Of a stretch of DNA of 12,268 nucleotides, positions 1-6,525 are shown piece by piece. The notes beneath the pieces were generated by a model. The model ran no database searches. It saw only the letters and a program-made list of their open reading frames with translations, and was not told the DNA's origin. Origin of the DNA: Candidatus Izemoplasmatales bacterium (GTDB taxonomy: Bacteria; Bacillota_I; Bacilli_A; Izemoplasmatales; Hujiaoplasmataceae); contig JBFXGX010000022.1 of assembly GCA_050177605.1 (NCBI GenBank), positions 1 through 12,268 of the forward strand, given 5' to 3'. Every line of letters begins with the position of its first letter. Position 1 is the stretch's first letter. The translations under genes were made by a program, and so were the position numbers.

Positions 1-386
1 GAGAGGATGCTGGCGGAACTGTTAATATGGCATCTGATTTACATAATTTAAAACCATCAAATCCAACAGTCAATTCAAACCGTGGAAATAAGTATTATGA
101 TAACATTGATACCGCAGCAAGTTTTGAACCAAGAGATGAAGTCAAAGGTGATATCGCAAGAATCTTATTTTACATGATGACAATGTATGATGTATTAAAT
201 CTAGTCAATGGTACACCATCAGTTCATCAAATGGGAAAATTAAGTGTCTTACTAGAATGGAATGATTTGGATCCAGTCGATGATTTCGAAAGAGCAAGAA
301 ATGAAGCCATCTTTGGATTCCAAAATAATCGTAATCCATTTATTGATTACCCTGATTTTGTCGATCTAATCTTCGATAACCTATAA
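1..386 (+). CDS. Endonuclease I family (His-Me finger, Bsn/EndA-like) nuclease, C-terminal fragment; 5' end lies outside the window
   Basis: The frame is open from base 3 (EDAGGTVN-MASDLHNL...), so ATG27 is probably internal. The motifs SDLHNLKPS, VNSNRGN, FEPRDEVKGDIARILFYM, LLEWN.LDPVDDFERARNE.I and QNNRNPFIDYP are typical of Endonuclease_1. The catalytic REH(V/I)WP motif is expected just upstream of the window. Stop is TAA at 384-386. Confidence 0.92.
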   Translation, partial: EDAGGTVNMASDLHNLKPSNPTVNSNRGNKYYDNIDTAASFEPRDEVKGDIARILFYMMTMYDVLNLVNGTPSVHQMGKLSVLLEWNDLDPVDDFERARNEAIFGFQNNRNPFIDYPDFVDLIFDNL

Positions 387-400
387 TAAATATTTAAATG

Positions 401-436
401 AAAAGTGGAGGCCAAATGGCTTCCACTTCTTTTTTT
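401..436. terminator. Probable bidirectional intrinsic terminator between convergent genes
   Basis: Stem AAGTGGAGGCC (403-413) pairs with GGCTTCCACTT (418-428), with one G-U pair on the + strand and a 4-nt loop. A T7 tract follows at 430-436 on +, and A4 at 401-404 gives a shorter U tract on -. Confidence 0.85.
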
Positions 437-2321
437 ATTCTACTGTATGTGAACCAAGTCCGGTTGCGCTATCTTTTGCATATGAATCCCATTCAAGAGT
501 AGGGTCAAATGCGTCGTAAGGATCGGTATCCCCTGAAGTAACTGAGCCTTTTCTAATTAATGTTACATCTGAACCAAACGTTACATCAACTCCAATTTGA
601 CCAATACTATCAATAATTACATCGTTATGTAACAATACTAATGGATCATTTCCATTAAAATTGATTACTGATTTAGTGGTATCAAAAATATCGATTTCAG
701 TATATATTGTAGCGTCCGATCTAGAAATTACCACGACTTCGCCTGGTGCTATTGTTCCAGATAATGATAGATTCTTAATACTTGTATCTAGCGTTCCACC
801 ATTTATATATAAACGTAATACGTATTCGCTTAAATCCTTTGTCTCTGCTGTAGGGTTATAGATTTCGATATATTTGTTATAACTACTTCCTTCAACATAT
901 TGAGAGATAATCAGGTCTACACCTACTGTGCCACCTGTTGCTCTTACGGTCACAGAAGTTGAGACAACTTGTGATAAATCACCAACATGGATTGTTACTG
1001 ATACTGTGCCAGTAACATCTGTTCCTTCAGGACGTACTACAGTAAATGCAGATCCATCGAAAGTTAAATAACTTGTTAACTCACTAGAAATTGTAACATC
1101 TGAATAAGTACCTTTTGTAATTGTTGGAAGTGCAAAAGCATCTACTACAGTATACGTTGAATCTACTTGAGATACATATAATGCTAGTTGTTCTGCATCT
1201 GTTAAGGATGTTGCATCAACATCATTAGCAGTTCCATAGAAATAACCATACCAATCACCATGAGATGAATGATAACTATAAAGAATAAAGTCAATTGTCA
1301 CTACTTGATTTTGGAAAGCAGCAATGACTTCCATATCACTCTTGTAATAAACACGAATAGCATCTGTTGTTGTTAAGTTTAACGTAACTGAGGTATCATA
1401 ATCTGTTGGAACTAAGTAAACACCATAATTACCTAAACTAGAATCAACATAAACCTTTGCTGTTAAATGATAAAGTGTATATTCCATTGGAGCTGTATCA
1501 GATGGTGCTACTCTTCCATCTAACGCTTCTGATACTGTAGCCGTAACATAAGGTAGATCAGCTGCTGCAGCACTAGAAGGAACGGCTGTTAATAAATTAT
1601 CTCCATTATTTGCTAGTTGTGGTGCGCCATAGTAATACACAAACTCACCAGTAATATCATAGACTGAACCGACTTCAATATCTGACATAATCGTGCTTCC
1701 AGCATATCCATTATCAAAACCATACATGATATCAACACCGTCTGTGAAGAAGAACCCTGAATAGATGTCTTCTCCATATGCAGGTACGATTTCCACAATT
1801 GTCATTGCTTTGTATGTTACATAGATGCCAACGCCTAGCGCGATACCTTCCGCGATCGTTGTTACACCTGATGATTCATTGGTTGCTTGAACGCGTAATG
1901 TATAATCTTTAGAATATGTTTCTGTTCCGTAAGTAAACACTCCCGTGAGAACTACAGTAGTATCTCCATCTGCTTCAGAAGGTCTTACAACAGTAATTTC
2001 AAACCTTAAAGCGCCGTCAACGTCAACTGCGTATTCTCCAACTTGAATCACATTTGTGTTATTGCTAGACCAAGTTACCGTGGCAATACCAACTTCTGCT
2101 GGAACTGTAAATCCAGCAACTAAACTATCTGCATTTGAAATGATTACCATATTTGCGGCTTGCTCTAATTGTTGTTGAATAGATGAACCTGAAGTTGTTG
2201 TCGTTGTAGTATCACTGGACTCTACAGAGGATGTTACTGTTGTAAAATCTTCTTGGCATGCAGTGAATGAAAATGCGAATAAAACCATTAAAATCAATAA
2301 AAAGAACTTTTTGAATTTCAT
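435..2321 (-). CDS. Surface lipoprotein, 628 aa: Ig-like, paired OB-fold-like, Ig-like and C-terminal lamin-tail domain (LTD); no catalytic domain recognised
   Basis: Start reassigned from 2354 to ATG at 2321 because GAGGGAG lies 8 nt upstream and MKFKKFFLLILMVLFAFSFTAC is a signal peptide with a lipobox. A Thr/Ser linker follows. The C-terminus LIISQYVEGSSYNKYIEIYNPT...FNGNDPLVL...IDSIG...DVTLIRK...GLGSH matches the LTD type found in ExeM/NucH-family nucleases. Clear paralogy to the 1341-aa neighbour. Confidence 0.85.
   Translation of the reverse strand: MKFKKFFLLILMVLFAFSFTACQEDFTTVTSSVESSDTTTTTTSGSSIQQQLEQAANMVIISNADSLVAGFTVPAEVGIATVTWSSNNTNVIQVGEYAVDVDGALRFEITVVRPSEADGDTTVVLTGVFTYGTETYSKDYTLRVQATNESSGVTTIAEGIALGVGIYVTYKAMTIVEIVPAYGEDIYSGFFFTDGVDIMYGFDNGYAGSTIMSDIEVGSVYDITGEFVYYYGAPQLANNGDNLLTAVPSSAAAADLPYVTATVSEALDGRVAPSDTAPMEYTLYHLTAKVYVDSSLGNYGVYLVPTDYDTSVTLNLTTTDAIRVYYKSDMEVIAAFQNQVVTIDFILYSYHSSHGDWYGYFYGTANDVDATSLTDAEQLALYVSQVDSTYTVVDAFALPTITKGTYSDVTISSELTSYLTFDGSAFTVVRPEGTDVTGTVSVTIHVGDLSQVVSTSVTVRATGGTVGVDLIISQYVEGSSYNKYIEIYNPTAETKDLSEYVLRLYINGGTLDTSIKNLSLSGTIAPGEVVVISRSDATIYTEIDIFDTTKSVINFNGNDPLVLLHNDVIIDSIGQIGVDVTFGSDVTLIRKGSVTSGDTDPYDAFDPTLEWDSYAKDSATGLGSHTVE
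438..918 (-). other. Lamin-tail domain (LTD) within the 628-aa lipoprotein
   Basis: Sequence DLIISQYVEGSSYNKYIEIYNPTAETKDLSEYVL...LSGTIAPGEVVVI follows the LTD consensus. Boundaries are approximate. Confidence 0.85.
1371..1422. repeat. Paralogous segment shared with 5361-5412 (VYLVP.DYDTSVTL.LT)
   Basis: 47 of 52 nt identical by manual alignment, offset 3990. This is the best-conserved part of a longer homology between roughly 1220-2140 and 5210-6100. Confidence 0.85.
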
Positions 2322-2352
2322 TGTACTAACTCCCTCATTATAATGTATTATC

Positions 2353-2361
2353 ATTATAACA
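2353..2361 (-). promoter_or_regulatory. Putative extended -10 promoter (TGnTATAAT) for the LTD lipoprotein gene
   Basis: The minus strand reads TGTTATAAT at 2361-2353, about 30 nt upstream of ATG2321 and downstream of a terminator. No good -35 is present. A second TATAAT at 2342-2337 abuts the RBS. Confidence 0.55.
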
Positions 2362-2376
2362 TATTACACAATGAAT

Positions 2377-2403
2377 ACCTATATCTTAATTATATATATA
2401 GGT
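2377..2403. promoter_or_regulatory. Inverted repeat ACCTATAT-N11-ATATAGGT, candidate operator
   Basis: Perfect 8-bp arms at 2377-2384 and 2396-2403, overlapping the expected -35 position of the putative promoter. The AT-rich context lowers significance. Confidence 0.35.
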
Positions 2404-2404
2404 G

Positions 2405-2447
2405 AAAAAACAAGAAAAAAAGGCATAGTTTATCGCTATGCCTTTTT
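2405..2447 (-). terminator. Intrinsic terminator ending the ABC-nuclease-scaffold operon
   Basis: Perfect 12-bp inverted repeat AAAAAGGCATAG (2417-2428) / CTATGCCTTTTT (2436-2447) with a 7-nt loop. On the minus strand it runs into TTTTTTTCTTGTTTTTT and begins about 27 nt after the stop at 2475. Confidence 0.9.
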
Positions 2448-2474
2448 GATTATTTCTAAAATGTAATTATAAAA

Positions 2475-5400
2475 TTAAGATTGTGGTGCTTGATAGATTT
2501 TAACAGTATCGATTGTTAATTTTGCTTTATCAACTGTTGTAGTAGGGACAACTTGAGTAAATTTAATATATACACTACCAGTAGCGTTAATTGTATATGT
2601 ATATTCTGTAGCAGTAGTTGATAATGTAAATACTTGTGCATTTCCCCATGTAGTTCCATCTGAAGAATAAGAAACTTCTACATTATATCCAGAGGCAGAG
2701 TTATTAGCTGTGAATACAACTCTTGTAACATCTGTGACCGAGAATAAAGTAATGAAAGTTGGAATTACACTATCAGAAACATAATCTCTACCTTGCAAAG
2801 AAATTGAACCAGCCAATGGACCAGTAGTTGAAGGTGTTCCAGATAATACACTCCATTGATGATCCACTGGGCCTAAAGTATTTGGAGTAGTATTGTTATA
2901 AGTTGTGGTAGCAGTAAATCCATCAGCAACTTCAAAACCTGTTTCATAAGCTAACACATCTGTAGACGTATCCGCAACACAAGAAATAACAAAGTCATGA
3001 GTTAATGTCTCAGTACCATAAACGAATGTACCAGTTAATGTAACATCTGTAGTAGCTGTTAAGTTTGTAATATCAACAGCACCAGTTGTAGAGTTAATCA
3101 CTGTTTCATTGTTTGAAGCCCAAGTGATAGTTACACCATATGCAGCAGCTGGCAATGTTAATGTTGTATCAGAAGTAATTGTAGCCGCGAATGATTGTGC
3201 ATTAATTGCAGCTTGAACCATTTGTGCGTCTGTAGCTTCAAGAACGAAAGCACCAACTTTAAATTGAACGCTATTATCGATTTGAGAAGTTTCAACATTA
3301 TAAATAGCGAATGTAGCTGCTGGTAAGATATCTCCAACTTGATATAATTGGTAAACCCAAGGAACAAAGTCAGTAATATAAGTCTTTAAGTATACATTAG
3401 CGCTAGTACCAGTTACTTTAAACACATAAGATGAGGAAGAAGCTGAGTATACTTCTAATCCTGTAAATGTAACTAATTTTCCACCATTATCTCCTGTTAA
3501 AGCAACAATTTCATCTGCTGTTAATGGGAAATATGTGTAAGTATTACCTGTAGATACTGTAAGTTTTAACGTAGCTGTTTTAACCATTTGTTTAGCACTG
3601 TGGTAGCTTCCTAAAGTTCCACTTACTAAAATTTGGTCTCCAAGAGTTGAACCGAAATATCCATATAAGAAGAATCCGTTTCCTGCTGCATCTTGTAACC
3701 AAGTACCATCATATGAACCTCCGATTGCTGCAACAGTACCTTGTACATATAATGCAACACCATCAGTCATTGCTGGAATGGTAGAGAAATCAGTTACAAC
3801 AGTAATTGCTGAAACAGCGATTGTGAAATCTTTTGTTTGAGCAACTTCGCTTCCTAATGTGAATGTAGCTGTTAAAGTTACATCGAAAGCTGCGCCTGAA
3901 TAACCGATTGCTAAGGAACCATCAGTTAACACTGCGTTTCCTGTATTAAGTGCCCATGCAACTGCTGAACCTTTAGGACCAACAACTGGTAAAGTCACTG
4001 TATCATATTCTGAAGCTGTTGTAGGAACAACTAAGTTAGCTACATCGTATGCTAATTTTTGAGCATCTGTAATTGCTTTTGCAGTAACATTTACGACAAC
4101 GTCTTTTGTAACATCACCTAAAGTTAAAGTGAATGTCACTGTACCAACAACATCTGTACCTTCAGGAGCAACGAATGTCAATCCTGTAGCTGTAGCCGTT
4201 ACGTTAGCAGCTAATTCTGTAGAAACAGCAGCTGTAACTGTCGCATATGCTAATGTAGGGAATGTATAATCGCCTTCAAGAACGAGTGTTGCAGGGATTT
4301 GGAATGCATCGAAATCAACTTTTTGAGCATCCGTTGGAGCTGTTGTAGTGATTTCATCTTGAGTTTGCCATAATAATTGTGGTGTACCTTTATAAACGCC
4401 AACAGCAATACCAGTAAAGCTTACTGGTTGACCAACAACGAATGAAGATACAAGTGTATTAATTGCTGCATAATCAACAGCATACTTGTCTATACGAAGT
4501 TGTAATTCTGTTGTTCCATCAGTTAAGTAAACAGTATATGAAGCTACTGTTGTAGGTACTGAAGGAGCTGTTTTAACATATAATCCAGAGATATCAACTA
4601 ATTTACTTACAGATGCAAGTAATGTAGTAAGATCAGATCCTACAACAGTTACATTTGCAGGAAGTGTGTTTCCTGTAGAAACTAATGTAATATTAGCAAC
4701 TGGAGAAACTTCCATAAGATCATTGTAGTTAACCATTTTTCCTTCAACTTCAACTTTATTACCAACAACTAAAATGTCAGCATAAGTAGCAATTGAACCT
4801 AAATAAAGATAAACTGCGCCAGTTTCATCTTGAACATATGCGTTATTACCATTTAATTGTGTAACAATACCTTGGAATTTAACTGTATTATTTACATTTG
4901 CAATTGCAGTTGCGATATCCGTTACTGGAGTTTCTCCAACTTTAACTGTAAATGTCTTTGTATCAGTAACATCACCTTTTGTAGCTGTAACAGTGATTGT
5001 TACAGTTGCTTGTGCAGTAAGACCTGTTAAGTCAACAGCACCAGTTGTAGGGTTGATAACTGTTTCATTATCTGAAGCATAAGTTAATGTTACACCGAAT
5101 ACAGAAGCTGGGAAGTCAATTGTCGTTGCTTCTAAAACTTCTGAAGGTACAACTAATCCATTTAATGCTGCAGCTACTGCGTCAGCATCGCTTGCGAATG
5201 CAACTGTAATATCGTTTGTTGTTCCAAAGAAGAATCCATACCAATCAGTATGTGTTGTATGATATCCAAATAACATAAAATCTAAGGATACAACTTGACC
5301 TGCAACTGCTCTAACTGCATCGATATTTCCTTGATAGTAAATACGAAGCGCTGGAGTCGCTGTTAAGTCTAATGTAACTGAAGTATCATAATCAGCTGGA

Positions 5401-6500
5401 ACTAAGTAAACATCATATCCACTTGAAAGTTCTGCGCCAACATATACTTTAGCAGTCACTGTGAACATTGTATAAGCAACGTCACCATTTGCTGCTGGAA
5501 TGCTTCTTCCATCAAGTACCTGTGCTACTGTAGCTGCAGTTGTTGGATAATCTACTGCTGCTGCAGTTGATGGAGCAACTTTCACTACGTTAGAACCATT
5601 AACATCAAGTTCTGGAGCGAAATAATAATATTTTAAGCTACCTGTAACATCATATACATTACCTACGACAACTTGACTAACTAAAGAAGCACCGTAAGCA
5701 TACATAATATCTGTTCCATCAGTAAAGAAGAATCCGTTTGTTCCAACGCCAAATACTGTCATACCTTGGTAAGTAACGTATTCGCCAACACCAAGAGCCA
5801 TACCTTCAGCGATTGTTGTAACTTTTGTAGAGCCTTCTTCTGCTAATACACGGATTGATTTTGTTACTGTACCAGAAGCATCACCATAAGTGATTGTACC
5901 AGTTAAAGTAACAGATGTATTCACACCACCGTCATCAGCGTTAGGTCTTGTAACAGTCACAACATAGTTTCCATCACCATTCACTTCTGTTGAAATAGAT
6001 ACAACATCAGTATTTGATGAAGCCCATGTAATTGTAGCGCCATCAACTGTTCCAGGTAAAGTGAACCCTTCTGTGATTTGGTCAGAGCCATCAATGATAA
6101 CTTTTGCACCAACTCTTGTAAAGAACGCTGTAGCAGCTTCAGCAGATACTGTCACTGTGAACGTCTTTGTTTCAGATGCATCATTTAATGTTGCTGTAAC
6201 AGTTAATACTACTTCTTGATCACCTTGAACGAGAGTAGGAACTGTAATCACACCACTATTTGATACAAATGCTGTGTTAGAAGAAGACCAAGTTACTGTA
6301 ACACCATCAGTTGTAGGTGCTGGTAATGTTAAGTCCGCAACTACTGCTGAAACATCACCTAAGTCAATACTAGCAAGTACTGCTTGAACTTTTTCAAGAT
6401 CCGTTGCTTCTTCTGAAGTAGTAGGATTACATCCAACTAAACCAAGTAGGAATAAGCTAACGAATCCTAGGAAAGCAAATTTCTTTAAAAATAACTTCAT
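2475..6500 (-). CDS. Large modular surface lipoprotein, 1341 aa: about six Ig-like repeats interleaved with three paired OB-fold-like modules, plus a C-terminal beta-sandwich
   Basis: RBS AGGAGGA at 6511-6505 and lipobox LVGC. Ig-like repeats follow the pattern (L/F)TLP...G.T(V/I)TW.S.N...V.LT.T.T......K.F.V.V, resembling the atrophied bacterial Ig family. OB-like units such as VKFQGIVTQLNGNNAYVQDETGAVYLY...VGNKVEVEG.MVNYNDLMEV resemble YhcR/ExeM-type OB folds. The protein is very rich in Thr, Val and Ala. Confidence 0.85.
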   Translation of the reverse strand: MKLFLKKFAFLGFVSLFLLGLVGCNPTTSEEATDLEKVQAVLASIDLGDVSAVVADLTLPAPTTDGVTVTWSSSNTAFVSNSGVITVPTLVQGDQEVVLTVTATLNDASETKTFTVTVSAEAATAFFTRVGAKVIIDGSDQITEGFTLPGTVDGATITWASSNTDVVSISTEVNGDGNYVVTVTRPNADDGGVNTSVTLTGTITYGDASGTVTKSIRVLAEEGSTKVTTIAEGMALGVGEYVTYQGMTVFGVGTNGFFFTDGTDIMYAYGASLVSQVVVGNVYDVTGSLKYYYFAPELDVNGSNVVKVAPSTAAAVDYPTTAATVAQVLDGRSIPAANGDVAYTMFTVTAKVYVGAELSSGYDVYLVPADYDTSVTLDLTATPALRIYYQGNIDAVRAVAGQVVSLDFMLFGYHTTHTDWYGFFFGTTNDITVAFASDADAVAAALNGLVVPSEVLEATTIDFPASVFGVTLTYASDNETVINPTTGAVDLTGLTAQATVTITVTATKGDVTDTKTFTVKVGETPVTDIATAIANVNNTVKFQGIVTQLNGNNAYVQDETGAVYLYLGSIATYADILVVGNKVEVEGKMVNYNDLMEVSPVANITLVSTGNTLPANVTVVGSDLTTLLASVSKLVDISGLYVKTAPSVPTTVASYTVYLTDGTTELQLRIDKYAVDYAAINTLVSSFVVGQPVSFTGIAVGVYKGTPQLLWQTQDEITTTAPTDAQKVDFDAFQIPATLVLEGDYTFPTLAYATVTAAVSTELAANVTATATGLTFVAPEGTDVVGTVTFTLTLGDVTKDVVVNVTAKAITDAQKLAYDVANLVVPTTASEYDTVTLPVVGPKGSAVAWALNTGNAVLTDGSLAIGYSGAAFDVTLTATFTLGSEVAQTKDFTIAVSAITVVTDFSTIPAMTDGVALYVQGTVAAIGGSYDGTWLQDAAGNGFFLYGYFGSTLGDQILVSGTLGSYHSAKQMVKTATLKLTVSTGNTYTYFPLTADEIVALTGDNGGKLVTFTGLEVYSASSSSYVFKVTGTSANVYLKTYITDFVPWVYQLYQVGDILPAATFAIYNVETSQIDNSVQFKVGAFVLEATDAQMVQAAINAQSFAATITSDTTLTLPAAAYGVTITWASNNETVINSTTGAVDITNLTATTDVTLTGTFVYGTETLTHDFVISCVADTSTDVLAYETGFEVADGFTATTTYNNTTPNTLGPVDHQWSVLSGTPSTTGPLAGSISLQGRDYVSDSVIPTFITLFSVTDVTRVVFTANNSASGYNVEVSYSSDGTTWGNAQVFTLSTTATEYTYTINATGSVYIKFTQVVPTTTVDKAKLTIDTVKIYQAPQS
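3073..3152. repeat. Internal Ig-module repeat, copy A (partner at 5032-5111)
   Basis: An exact 19-mer TCAACAGCACCAGTTGTAG occurs at 3073-3091 and 5032-5050, with continued similarity beyond it. Protein: PAAAYGVTITWASNNETVINSTTGAVD versus PASVFGVTLTYASDNETVINPTTGAVD. Confidence 0.85.
5032..5111. repeat. Internal Ig-module repeat, copy B (partner at 3073-3152)
   Basis: Same match as copy A. The offset of 1959 nt is in frame. Confidence 0.85.
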
Positions 6501-6525
6501 AATTTCCTCCTATGTTATATTTTAT

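Noticed and set aside
27..29. ATG27 as the start of a complete 119-aa gene; likewise ATG12258 for the ATPase
   Set aside because: Both frames are open to the window edge and essential N-terminal motifs (REH.WP, Walker A) are missing. These are edge truncations, not small genes or pseudogenes.
661..861. 66-aa + strand ORF
   Set aside because: Antisense shadow inside the LTD coding region, with no RBS or recognisable motif.
1613..1798. 61-aa alternate-frame ORF; similar cases at 3158-3367, 7308-7496 and 8388-8675
   Set aside because: Out-of-frame ORFs nested in well-supported genes, with no motifs. Expected by chance.
2193..2210. Poly-Thr codon runs (also ~7921-7938 and ~9537-9553) as phase-variable simple repeats
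   Set aside because: The codons are mixed synonymous triplets and stay in frame. These are ordinary flexible linkers after the lipobox.
2322..2354. ORF-track start at 2354 (MIIHYNEGVST extension)
   Set aside because: The RBS and signal peptide point to ATG2321, and the extension overlaps the putative promoter and RBS.
2475..6500. Large protein as a generic S-layer protein or adhesin
   Set aside because: Not excluded, but its non-Ig modules resemble the OB pair of the adjacent nuclease and it is the last gene of the nuclease-ABC operon, so a purely structural role is less parsimonious.
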